The notes under the pieces are model-generated. The model had not been told where the DNA came from and ran no database searches. It worked only from the letters and a program-made list of their open reading frames with translations. Positions 1 to 8,868 of a stretch of 42,049 nt of DNA are shown piece by piece. Each line of letters opens with the position of its first letter. Position 1 is the stretch's first letter. The position numbers were made by a program, and so were the translations under genes. Source of the stretch: a virus (Duplodnaviria; Caudoviricetes); IMG/VR virus record IMGVR_UViG_3300024331_000004, positions 1-42,049 of that record; one strand, given 5' to 3'.

Positions 1-127
1 GGGTCGATGGTTAGCTGGCTCACTCTCCACCGACCTGGATATCACAGGATCTCGGGTCTTCAAATGATGAATTGGGGAATCCCCCGCTGCGCGTTGCGCG
101 GGACGATCTCCGTGAACATGGACTGCG
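1..127. repeat. 127-bp terminal direct repeat (copy 1); marks a circular, complete contig
   Basis: Positions 1-127 (gggtcgatgg...ggactgcg) are identical to 41923-42049; the portal ORF reads into the repeat. Confidence 0.97.
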
Positions 128-189
128 CGTGGGTAGACAGTCGTAGATGGAAGCGCGCGAAACGCCGCTTCAAGGAGCGTTATGCGTAG
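7..189 (+). CDS. small hypothetical protein directly after portal (60 aa)
   Basis: On the circle the ATG overlaps the portal 3' end, with GAGGAGGGGG upstream; its stop overlaps the next ATG at 182. Confidence 0.5.
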   Translation: MVSWLTLHRPGYHRISGLQMMNWGIPRCALRGTISVNMDCAWVDSRRWKRAKRRFKERYA

Positions 190-517
190 GCGCTATCGCT
201 GGGATGCCACCAGCAAGAGCATGGTTGAAGTGCCGTGGGATTCGCGCCAGCAGTCCCTGGCGCCGGCGATCTGGGATGACCTGCCCGCTTATGAATCCCC
301 CATCGATGGACGCGTTGTGGACGGGCGTAGGCAGCGCAGGAACGATCTGGCGCGCTCCAACTGCCGACCCTATGAGGGGCGCGAGCAGGAGTCCAAAGAG
401 GCTGCCAAGCGGCGGGCCGAGTTGGACCGACAGACCGATCAACTGGCCGAGAAAATGGCGCATCGAGCGTGGGCGGAAGCCCCCGAGCGCATTCGCAAAG
501 TATTCAGAGGTAGGTAA
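182..517 (+). CDS. conserved hypothetical head-region protein (111 aa)
   Basis: YESPIDGRVV..RRQRRNDL..C motif typical of the small gene between portal and scaffold in such podoviruses; TAATG coupling to the scaffold gene. Confidence 0.7.
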   Translation: MRRRYRWDATSKSMVEVPWDSRQQSLAPAIWDDLPAYESPIDGRVVDGRRQRRNDLARSNCRPYEGREQESKEAAKRRAELDRQTDQLAEKMAHRAWAEAPERIRKVFRGR

Positions 518-1671
518 TGGCTCTCAACGACGCAAACATCAATGAAACCATGGCAGCCGACTGGGAGGCCATCCGCGGTAAGTACGCGATGGAAGATGAG
601 CCGCCTGAGCCGCATACTCCGGAGCCTGTCGAGGCGAAGGGCGAACAAGCACCGGCCAAAGAGCCGGATGAGGGACGCGATGAGCGGGGCCGGTTCACGC
701 CAAAGGCGAAAGATGAGAAGGGCGAACCTGCAAAAGCAGGCCCTTCCCCCGGAATACCTGAAACTGTTCCGGTTGCACCTGAGACTCCAGTTGCTGGACC
801 TCCAGGAGTCGCTGCAGAGAGGGACGTTAATCGGGCGCCTTCTACGTGGAGACCGGCCGCGCGGGCCGAGTACGACAAACTCCCGCCTGCCATCAAGGCC
901 GAGATACATCGGCGCGAGCAGGACTTCCATGACGGCCATCACCAGCTAGCGCCCGATGCTCAGTTGGGCAAGTCGATGCGCGAGGTGGTGGCGCCCTATA
1001 AAGCGCTGATCGATGCCGAAGCGGGGGGTCGACCCGAGGTGGCCTTCGCCGAGCTCATGAAGACCGCGGCCATCCTGCGCATGGGAACACCGCAGCAGAA
1101 GCGGGACGTCGTGCTGGGGGTGGCCCGGCAGTACGGAGTGGATCTTGGGCTGCAGCCAACCCAGCCCGGACAACAGCCGGGGCAGCAACCGACCCAACCG
1201 CAGACCTTCCAAGATCCGCGCGTCGATCAGATCCTGCAGCATCTGAACACCCAGCAGCAGCAGACCGCACAGCGGGAGCGGGAGGCTTTGGAGTCTTCGG
1301 TCACCACCTGGATGAGCGAGGTGGATGAGAAGGGACAGCCCAAGCATCCGTACATTGGGGATATCGGGGCCGAAATGAGCGCACTCGTGCCGCAAATTCG
1401 CGCCGCCAACCCTAGCTTAGCGCATAGCGAAGTGCTACAACGCGCCTATGACACCGCGACTTGGGGTAACCCCGAGATCCGCGCACTGCTACAGCAGGCC
1501 CAAGGGAATGGGCAAGTCCGCGAGGCTGATAACCAGAACCGCGTACGAGAAGCCAAGCGAGCCGCGAGCGTGAATGTGCCTCGGCGAGCGTCCACTCCGA
1601 GTCCCGGTAAACCCGGAACGATAGACGAGACGATCGCTGCGACCGCACGTGAGTTGGGACTCATCAGCTAA
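517..1671 (+). CDS. capsid scaffolding protein
   Basis: Acidic/Pro-rich N-terminus, RDERGRF motif, helical Gln-rich body; lies immediately upstream of the major capsid gene. Confidence 0.8.
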   Translation: MALNDANINETMAADWEAIRGKYAMEDEPPEPHTPEPVEAKGEQAPAKEPDEGRDERGRFTPKAKDEKGEPAKAGPSPGIPETVPVAPETPVAGPPGVAAERDVNRAPSTWRPAARAEYDKLPPAIKAEIHRREQDFHDGHHQLAPDAQLGKSMREVVAPYKALIDAEAGGRPEVAFAELMKTAAILRMGTPQQKRDVVLGVARQYGVDLGLQPTQPGQQPGQQPTQPQTFQDPRVDQILQHLNTQQQQTAQREREALESSVTTWMSEVDEKGQPKHPYIGDIGAEMSALVPQIRAANPSLAHSEVLQRAYDTATWGNPEIRALLQQAQGNGQVREADNQNRVREAKRAASVNVPRRASTPSPGKPGTIDETIAATARELGLIS

Positions 1672-1694
1672 CCGTATGAACTGGAGTCACCATC

Positions 1695-2678
1695 ATGCCC
1701 GCGGGCATTACCTCACTCTTTACGGCGTGGACGGAACTTGCGTCCACGACGTTCCGCAAGCACCGCACCGAAGTCGCTGACAACGTCAGCAAGCACAACT
1801 GGCTCTATCGCCGGCTCATGGCGAAGGGGCGCATCCGCACCGAAGACGGCGGATTGTCGATCGTCACGCCCCTGGAATACGCCACCAACTCGACCTACCA
1901 GCGCTACTCGGGATTTGATGCGCTGGCCATCAACGCGGTGGACGTGCTGACGGCGGCGGAATACCCCTGGCGCCAGGTCGCCGTGAACGTCGCGGCCTCG
2001 GGTCTCGAGCTGCGCACGAACATGGGCGAGAGCCGGATCATCAATTTCACGAAGTCGAAGCTGCGCAACGCCAACAACAGCTTCAAGAACGGGCTCTCGA
2101 CCGATCTGTATTCGGACGGCACGGCCGCCAATCAGATCAACGGTGTGCAGGCGCTGATCGCGGATACCGGTCTCGGAACGGTGGGACAGATCAACTCCAC
2201 CAGTTTCCCCTTCTGGCAGAGCATCGTGCAATCAGCAGCCGCTCCGCTGCAGGGCGGCGGTGCATTGACCCTCGGACCCTCCACCATCGAATCGCTCATG
2301 CTGGCGCTGTACATCAAGCTCACCCGCGGCATCGACATGCCGGATGTGGGGGTGTTCTCGGATGACCTCTTCACGATGTACGAGCAGAGTCAGACCTCGA
2401 TCAAGCGCTACACCGACAAGGACACGGCGGATGGCGGCTTCATCACGATGAAGTACAAGGGAATGGATATCGGTTTCGACTCGAGCGGCGGCATCCCTGC
2501 CACGCACGGGTACTTCGTCAACACGGAGTATTTCGAGGCGGTGGCACACCGGGACGCCAACATGACCATCATGGATGAGTTGCACAGCGTCAACCAGGAT
2601 GCCGTGGTCATCCCCGTCTTGTGGATGGGCAACCTCACGTGCTCGAACCGCAGCCTCCAGGGAGTCCTCAAGGCCTAA
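1695..2678 (+). CDS. major capsid protein
   Basis: 327 aa, GGAG RBS, strongly biased codons; TT...VADNVSKHN, GG..I..PLEY..N and C-terminal WMGNLTCSNRSLQGVL motifs of a common HK97-fold capsid family. Confidence 0.9.
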   Translation: MPAGITSLFTAWTELASTTFRKHRTEVADNVSKHNWLYRRLMAKGRIRTEDGGLSIVTPLEYATNSTYQRYSGFDALAINAVDVLTAAEYPWRQVAVNVAASGLELRTNMGESRIINFTKSKLRNANNSFKNGLSTDLYSDGTAANQINGVQALIADTGLGTVGQINSTSFPFWQSIVQSAAAPLQGGGALTLGPSTIESLMLALYIKLTRGIDMPDVGVFSDDLFTMYEQSQTSIKRYTDKDTADGGFITMKYKGMDIGFDSSGGIPATHGYFVNTEYFEAVAHRDANMTIMDELHSVNQDAVVIPVLWMGNLTCSNRSLQGVLKA

Positions 2679-2700
2679 TAAGCCGAAGGAAAACACGAAC

Positions 2701-3417
2701 ATGTTTGCAGCAATCTCTCCCACGGTCGGTACGCAGCCGTTCAACGATTGGTTCACACCCGACACGGTGCAGCGCCAGCCGCTCGGCATGACGATCAACG
2801 CTGTGGACCCTTACTGGGGTACCGGTGAGTTCATCTACGTCAAATCCAATGACGTGATCCTGAAAGGTTCGCTCGTGGCTTGGGACGAGACCTACACGGG
2901 TGTCTTGCTTCCCTCCACCACGCTGCAGGGCTTCCCCTTCGGTGTCGCGATGGCGCCCATGGCGGCTGGTGTCTTCGGCTGGTTGCAGATCTCGGGGCGT
3001 GCGGTTTACAAAACCAGCGCTACGGTCGCAGCCGATGCCAACGTGGCGATCGCAGCCGCAGGGGTTGTGGGCGCGTCCGCCACCGGCAAGCAGCTGGTGA
3101 ACGTACGCAACCGCGTCTCCGCCACCGGCACCATCACGGTCTCGGCGCTCACTACCAACGGCAACAACGTGCTGCTGTGTCAGAAGGGCTATGACGGGTT
3201 CTTCCTCGGCATGGCGCTGTCCGGCACGGGTATCCCGGCCTCGACGGTCGTTGCAGGCCTGGACCCGGATGGCAAGCGCATCTACACCGGATCGGCCATC
3301 GGGACCTTCGGAGACAAGAACTCGACCGCCTCTGGTCAGGTGACGATCACGGGAACGTACACCGGCTACGGCTCGGCGATCATCAACCGGCCCTTCGCGC
3401 AAGGGGCGATCACGTGA
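2701..3417 (+). CDS. capsid cement/decoration protein (likely start ATG 2701)
   Basis: Follows the capsid gene; AAGGA RBS; LGM...DPYWG.GEFIYV and FGWLQISG motifs; small-residue beta-rich sequence. Confidence 0.7.
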   Translation: MFAAISPTVGTQPFNDWFTPDTVQRQPLGMTINAVDPYWGTGEFIYVKSNDVILKGSLVAWDETYTGVLLPSTTLQGFPFGVAMAPMAAGVFGWLQISGRAVYKTSATVAADANVAIAAAGVVGASATGKQLVNVRNRVSATGTITVSALTTNGNNVLLCQKGYDGFFLGMALSGTGIPASTVVAGLDPDGKRIYTGSAIGTFGDKNSTASGQVTITGTYTGYGSAIINRPFAQGAIT

Positions 3418-3782
3418 GCGCGCAAACCCGGATGGTCGTGGCGGGACTGTCAGCCGTGGCGGCGCGTGCTATTCAGGGCACCGTAGCCAATAACCTCACG
3501 GCTACGGGCAGCACGCAGGCGACGGCGCTGGCGCTGCCCGCGGATATCTGCAAGTTCACGACCGTTGCGGCGAGCACCGGCGCCATCATTCCACCCTCCA
3601 ATCCGACCGATTCGGGAACGGTCTACAACGGGGGCGCCAACGCGCTTTCGTTGTATCCCCCGGTGGGCGGCACGATCAATGGATTGAGTGCGAATGCCGC
3701 CTATTCAATCGCAACCGCGACTCCGTTTGTGGATTGGTGGTGCATTGATCCATTGACCTACATTGCTTCGCAATCTGCTTGA
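3414..3782 (+). CDS. virion structural protein (Ala/Thr/Gly-rich)
   Basis: GTGA coupling; LTATGSTQATAL and VYNGGANAL.LYPP.GGTIN motifs; position in the head module. Confidence 0.6.
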   Translation: MSAQTRMVVAGLSAVAARAIQGTVANNLTATGSTQATALALPADICKFTTVAASTGAIIPPSNPTDSGTVYNGGANALSLYPPVGGTINGLSANAAYSIATATPFVDWWCIDPLTYIASQSA

Positions 3783-3824
3783 GCGGCTAACCCGCTCGAT
3801 ATTTTTACTCGGAGATAACCTCCT

Positions 3825-4445
3825 ATGGCGATCGGTTTGGCCAAAGAGATCATGCCGCACGTGCGGTTCGAGAATCGCGACTATGGGCGCGACGAGGAAG
3901 CCTCTATCAAGGCAGGACGCCATATCCCGAAAACCTCCACCTTCATCATCATCACGAGTCACGGGAGCAAAGACTCGTCAGACCAGATTGCGGATGAGTG
4001 GCTACCCCGGAAGCGCCGGGAGGCCTCTCAGGGTGCTTACAACATCGAGTGGGTCGAGCACTTCGAACGCCAGTACAAAGCCTGGCGCGAGGGCCACGAG
4101 TTGCCCCGGGATGGCACCCCCATTATGACCTGGCAGATGGTGAGCCCTGAGCAGAACACGCGGCTGCGGGCTCTAGGCATCACGGTGGTGGAAGATCTCG
4201 CGGCCATTCCCGATACGGGTTTGGCCGAATACGGGTTGGATGCGCGCTACATGCGCGATCTGGCTCGCGCCTGGATCGCCGAAGGTCAGCAGAAGGGGAT
4301 CAACGCCCAGGAGCTCGCCAAGGCCAAAGCAGAAATTGAGCGGCAGCGGCTGGTGATTGATAGTCAGGAGGGGCGATTGAAGGCCCTCGAGGCTCGGCTC
4401 GAGGAGGACGTTCCCCGCAAGCGCAAGCGCGAGGAAGCCGCGTAG
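3825..4445 (+). CDS. conserved hypothetical phage protein with C-terminal coiled coil
   Basis: GGAG RBS; GTPI..W and L..LGI.VVEDLA motif; position between head and tail genes. Confidence 0.65.
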   Translation: MAIGLAKEIMPHVRFENRDYGRDEEASIKAGRHIPKTSTFIIITSHGSKDSSDQIADEWLPRKRREASQGAYNIEWVEHFERQYKAWREGHELPRDGTPIMTWQMVSPEQNTRLRALGITVVEDLAAIPDTGLAEYGLDARYMRDLARAWIAEGQQKGINAQELAKAKAEIERQRLVIDSQEGRLKALEARLEEDVPRKRKREEAA

Positions 4446-4452
4446 GAGTACC

Positions 4453-5160
4453 TTGAGCCTCCTCACGATATGTCAGAGCCTCACACTGCGGGTGCTGAAG
4501 TCCAAACCGATCGTGGCGGTGACTTCGGCTGATCCTGCGGTTTTGCAAGCTGTCGAGCTGATTAACGAAGCCGGCCAGGAACTGTGCGCCCGCCACTCCT
4601 GGCAGGTGATGACCCGGGAAGCGACCTTCAACACGGTTGCGACCGAGGTCCAGGGCACGATCCAGAATATTGCGGGCATTGACTTCAACTTCATCGTCAA
4701 TGAGACGATGTGGAACCGGACCCAGCGTCGTCCGCTCTTTGGTCCGAAGTCAGCCGCCGAGTGGCAGAACCTCAAGGCGCAGTTCTCCTCCGGTCCGTGG
4801 GTCTCCTATCGATTGCGGTCCAATCAGATGCTGTTCTTTCCGACACCAGCCGCAGGGCAGTCGGTCTATTTCGAGTGGTGCAGCAAGTACTGGGCAACCT
4901 CCAAAGACGGGGCGCCGCAAGCCGGATTGCTCCAGGATAGCGATGTCGCGATTCTGGATGAACGTCTCCTCACCTTGGATGCGATCTGGCGATTCAAGCG
5001 CGCTAACCAATTGTCCTATGACGAGGACTACGAGAAGGCCGAGGATGCGATCGCGGATGCGATCTCGCGCGATGGCAGCAAACCGCGCCTGAATCTGGCG
5101 GGTCCGCCGAACGAATTGCAACCGGTGGTCACGGTTCCGATTGGAAATTGGACCCTATGA
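4453..5160 (+). CDS. head-tail adaptor / tail tubular protein A-like
   Basis: AGGAG RBS with TTG start; MSLLTICQ...AGQEL...HSWQ pattern, size and position typical of podovirus adaptors. Confidence 0.7.
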   Translation: MSLLTICQSLTLRVLKSKPIVAVTSADPAVLQAVELINEAGQELCARHSWQVMTREATFNTVATEVQGTIQNIAGIDFNFIVNETMWNRTQRRPLFGPKSAAEWQNLKAQFSSGPWVSYRLRSNQMLFFPTPAAGQSVYFEWCSKYWATSKDGAPQAGLLQDSDVAILDERLLTLDAIWRFKRANQLSYDEDYEKAEDAIADAISRDGSKPRLNLAGPPNELQPVVTVPIGNWTL

Positions 5161-6995
5161 GCTTTGGACGCTCAGCACGGCGCAAGGAACCGGTCCGGCA
5201 GATCGAGCCGGAGAGTGAATCCGTCGCTGCTCCCGTGGGCGGAGTCAACGCGCGCGATGCGTTGGCCGCTATGCCGCCGACGGATGCAGTCACCGCCTCC
5301 AATTGTTTCGGCACTCCGTCCTATGTGCAGATCCCGCGTAACGGCACGGTGCTCTGGGCTTCCGGATTGCCCGGCGCAGTCGAAACCATCATGGCCTTTA
5401 ACGGCCTGACCACCCGCAAGCTCTATGGCGCGAGTGTCGCCGGTATCTACGACATCACCGCCCAAGGAGCTGTCGGAGCGGCGGTGGTGGGCAGTCTCAC
5501 GAGTGCCCGCTGGCAACATGCCATGTTCAATGCAGGTGGCGGGAATGCGCTGATCGTGGCCAACGGCTCGGATACGGTTCGACGGTATGACGGTGGCGTA
5601 CAGGGCTCACTCACGACTCTGAAGACGCTCGTGGGCGGCAGTGGCTATACGGCAACGGGAACCTATACCGCAGTCCCGCTTACGGGCGGTACGGGCTCGG
5701 GCGCGAAAGCCACGATTGTCGTGGCCGGCGGTGCGGTGACCTCGGTGACCGTAACTACGATCGGCTCTGCCTATCTGGTCGGCGATGTGCTCTCCGCTTC
5801 CAATGCCAATCTGGGCGGTGCGGGATCGGGATTCACCATCACGGTCGAAACCGTGGGCGGTTGGTCCGCCACCAGCATCAGCGGAACGAATTCACTGACC
5901 GGGGCTGCGTTGGTTCCCTCCACCCTCATCACCGTCACGGTATTCAAGGAGCGCGTCTGGTACATCGAAAACAACACGATGAACGTCTGGTATGCCACGA
6001 TTAGGGGCTATCAGGGCGTGCTCACCATGCTGCCGCTGGGTCAACTCTTCAAGAAGGGTGGCACGCTGATGCAGATGGCCACGTGGACCATCGACAACGT
6101 CTCTGGGATCGATGACTACGCGGTGTTCATCACGAGTGAGGGTGAGGTCGCGATCTACCAGGGGTATGACCCGGCGCAACTCTCGACATGGTCACTGGTC
6201 GGCATCTTCAATATCGGCCGTCCGATCGGCAGACGCTGCTATACGAAGTACGCCTCCGACATCGTAGTCATTACCGCGGATGGACTCACGCCGCTCTCCA
6301 AAGCGATGTTGACCGATCGCACGCAGGAGGATGCGCAACTCACCTACAAGATCATCAATGCGATCAACAACGACGTGCAGGCATTCAATGCCAACTTCGG
6401 ATGGCAGGTAATCGATTACCCGCTGGGAAACAAGCTCATTTTGAATGTACCGGACCAACTCAACACGGTCATGCATCAATGGGTGATGAACTCGGTAGTC
6501 AAATCCTGGTGGCGGTTCGACGCGTTGAATGCCAACTGCTGGGAGTTGCAGCAGGATTCACTCTATTACGGTGGCAGCACGAAGGTGTTCCTGGCTGACA
6601 CGGGGCTGTCGGATGCTGGGACCGCAATAACGGTTGATTGCAAGCCTGCTTTCTCGTACTTCAATCAGCCCGGCAAGCTCAAGAACTTCATGATGGCGCG
6701 GCCTGTGTTTCTGGCGAGCGCGAAGATTGCGCCGCAGATCATCATGAACGTGGATTTTGCGGATGTGATCAATCCCTCGCCGCCCTTTCTCTCCGGAGGG
6801 ACCGCGCCGTGGGACACGAGTCCGTGGGATGTGACGCCGTGGGGGGATTCGGCGCCTGCGATCAGCATCAAGAGTTGGCAGGGTATTGCGGGGTTAGGCT
6901 ATGCAGCAAGCGGACGGATCAGCATCCAACTCTCGGGTGTCGTCTCTCAATGGTACTCAACCGATTACCTCTTTGCAGACGGCGGCCCGCTATGA
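5157..6995 (+). CDS. tail nozzle / tail tubular protein B (P22 gp10-like)
   Basis: ATGA coupling; APVGG.NARD start, FKERVWYIE, AVFITSEGEVAIYQG.DP and WD...WD motifs; beta-propeller-like; about 612 aa. Confidence 0.8.
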   Translation: MSFGRSARRKEPVRQIEPESESVAAPVGGVNARDALAAMPPTDAVTASNCFGTPSYVQIPRNGTVLWASGLPGAVETIMAFNGLTTRKLYGASVAGIYDITAQGAVGAAVVGSLTSARWQHAMFNAGGGNALIVANGSDTVRRYDGGVQGSLTTLKTLVGGSGYTATGTYTAVPLTGGTGSGAKATIVVAGGAVTSVTVTTIGSAYLVGDVLSASNANLGGAGSGFTITVETVGGWSATSISGTNSLTGAALVPSTLITVTVFKERVWYIENNTMNVWYATIRGYQGVLTMLPLGQLFKKGGTLMQMATWTIDNVSGIDDYAVFITSEGEVAIYQGYDPAQLSTWSLVGIFNIGRPIGRRCYTKYASDIVVITADGLTPLSKAMLTDRTQEDAQLTYKIINAINNDVQAFNANFGWQVIDYPLGNKLILNVPDQLNTVMHQWVMNSVVKSWWRFDALNANCWELQQDSLYYGGSTKVFLADTGLSDAGTAITVDCKPAFSYFNQPGKLKNFMMARPVFLASAKIAPQIIMNVDFADVINPSPPFLSGGTAPWDTSPWDVTPWGDSAPAISIKSWQGIAGLGYAASGRISIQLSGVVSQWYSTDYLFADGGPL

Positions 6996-7398
6996 ACGAA
7001 AGTTGGTCTTTGGGGATGATGAGCGGGTTGCCCAGTGGTGCCGAGAACGACTGCCCAACTTTCTGGGATGGAATGGTCACTACATTGCCATCGGGTATTC
7101 GGCAGGCCCAAACCTTCTGGGGGCTGTCGTTTTTACTCAGTTTTCCGGTGCCAACATTGTCATCGCCTGCGCACTTGAGGCGCCGCTCACCCGTCGATTC
7201 CTGCGGGCAATCTTCTACTATCCCTTCCTGCAGCTCGGGTGCCGACGAGTCACAGCCCTCATCGACGCGGACAACGCCAAGTCCATCCGTTTGGTTGAGC
7301 ACGTGGGATTCGAGCAAGAGGGACGCATGAAGCACGCGACGACAACAGGGGATGTGTTGATTTACGGCCTCACGAAGGAGCGCTGCCGATGGCTCTGA
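6973..7398 (+). CDS. GNAT-fold acetyltransferase-like virion assembly protein (likely TTG start 6973)
   Basis: F.YPFLQLGCRRVTALIDADNAKSIRLVEHVGFEQEGRM is a RimL-type GNAT motif; position between tail and ejection genes. Confidence 0.75.
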   Translation: MQTAARYERKLVFGDDERVAQWCRERLPNFLGWNGHYIAIGYSAGPNLLGAVVFTQFSGANIVIACALEAPLTRRFLRAIFYYPFLQLGCRRVTALIDADNAKSIRLVEHVGFEQEGRMKHATTTGDVLIYGLTKERCRWL

Positions 7399-8441
7399 GA
7401 TTCCGCGGCCTCGATGGGCCTCTGGAGACGGTCTACCGGAAGGACTCCGGATCGCCACCGCAAGCCGTCGATCCCTACACGCAGGCGGCGGCTCAGTACG
7501 GCCTCTCGACAGGGACGGCGCTATTCAACGCGGGGCTGAATCGCACTAACCAAGTCAACCCGATGGGCAGCTCGACCTGGAGTGCCTCCTATCCGGGAAC
7601 CTCCGTGCCACCTTCAGGGGGAATGGGTCCAGTGGGTGGCTCCGGCATGCCGATTGGAACGGCCTACAACCCTCCCACGACGGGTAATTCCGCCTCTGGT
7701 CCGGGAGCCTCGATTCCCTCCTTTCAATCGAATGTCTTCGGTGTTCCTCAAAACGGAGTGGGAGGGGGCAACTATTTCAGCCTGAGTCCTCAACCCGCTG
7801 CGGGAAGGCCTTATAACGGGAGTCCGTCAGGATCTGCCTACGGAGGAGCGCCGACGTACACGCAGACCACCGCATTGGCGCCGCAATTCCAGAGCCAGCT
7901 GGATAAGCCGATCGATACGTCGGGCCTGGCGGGCATGCCGGGCGGACCCTCGACCACGGACGATCTGCAGACCACTCGCGACGCGCTCTACAAGCAGCAG
8001 AAGCAATACCTGCAGCCGGAGCAGGATTTGGAGCGCAGCAGCCTGGAGAGCAAGCTGGCGAACTCCGGCGCCACTGTCGGTTCTCCTGCGTACAACGCCG
8101 AGATGGACCGACTCTCTCGCGAGCAGGAGTTCCAGAATTCCAACGCCCGGACCCAGGCCATCACCGGGGGCGGGGCGGAGCAATCGCGATTGTTCGGGCT
8201 AGGTAGCCAGGGGCTGCAGAATCAGATCACGACGCGAGACACCCCGTTGAAGGAATGGGCCGCGCTCAGTGGTCCCAGCGGCGGGACTTCGCAAGCCCTG
8301 ACCCCCGACATTTCGGGTGCATTCGGGCAGCAACTGCAGAGTCAGTTGGCCGGCTACAACGCACAGACTGCCTCCAACAACGCCACAACCCAGGACGCGA
8401 CATCGCTGGCTGCCTTAGCCGCGATGTACTTCATGATGTGA
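7389..8441 (+). CDS. internal virion / DNA ejection protein
   Basis: KDSGSPPQA.DPY..A.AQ, NR.NQ.NP.GS and L.N.G...GS.AYN motifs; Gly/Gln/Ser-rich. Confidence 0.7.
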   Translation: MALRFRGLDGPLETVYRKDSGSPPQAVDPYTQAAAQYGLSTGTALFNAGLNRTNQVNPMGSSTWSASYPGTSVPPSGGMGPVGGSGMPIGTAYNPPTTGNSASGPGASIPSFQSNVFGVPQNGVGGGNYFSLSPQPAAGRPYNGSPSGSAYGGAPTYTQTTALAPQFQSQLDKPIDTSGLAGMPGGPSTTDDLQTTRDALYKQQKQYLQPEQDLERSSLESKLANSGATVGSPAYNAEMDRLSREQEFQNSNARTQAITGGGAEQSRLFGLGSQGLQNQITTRDTPLKEWAALSGPSGGTSQALTPDISGAFGQQLQSQLAGYNAQTASNNATTQDATSLAALAAMYFMM

Positions 8442-8641
8442 TTGTCATCGACATCCCCGCTGATCGATCACTGCTGGTCAACTGGATGGCCCGGCAAGCG
8501 CGTGCGCGTGAAGTCATGGTGCGGCGCCGACTCATCCCCTGGCATGTGCGCCGCGATCCATCGGCTGCCCAAACTCTTTTCACCCAACTCGACGCGGCGC
8601 TGAAACAGAACGCCCGCGACTACACCGGACGGTCCCCATGA
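8438..8641 (+). CDS. small hypothetical protein (GTG start, 67 aa)
   Basis: GTGA overlap with the upstream stop and ATGA overlap with the downstream start. Confidence 0.5.
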   Translation: MIVIDIPADRSLLVNWMARQARAREVMVRRRLIPWHVRRDPSAAQTLFTQLDAALKQNARDYTGRSP

Positions 8642-8868
8642 GCGCCAATCCCCAAGCCATGGCTCAAATGCTCGCCTCGGGCCTTGCCCAACCTTCTGGC
8701 CAGGGCTCACCGATGGGCGCCGGCGCGCAGCTCGCGCAGAAACTCATGCTGATGCAAGCCTTGCAGCAGGGCAGGCCGCAACAGCCCGGTGTACCGCCGA
8801 TCCTGCCGGGCGCGATGCAGCCCCCGCAGATGAACCAGATGCCGATGCCCGGAGGCGTCAATGCCTGA
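8638..8868 (+). CDS. small Gln/Pro/Met-rich protein of the ejection cluster
   Basis: Coupled on both sides; low-complexity composition like neighbouring ejection proteins. Confidence 0.55.
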   Translation: MSANPQAMAQMLASGLAQPSGQGSPMGAGAQLAQKLMLMQALQQGRPQQPGVPPILPGAMQPPQMNQMPMPGGVNA

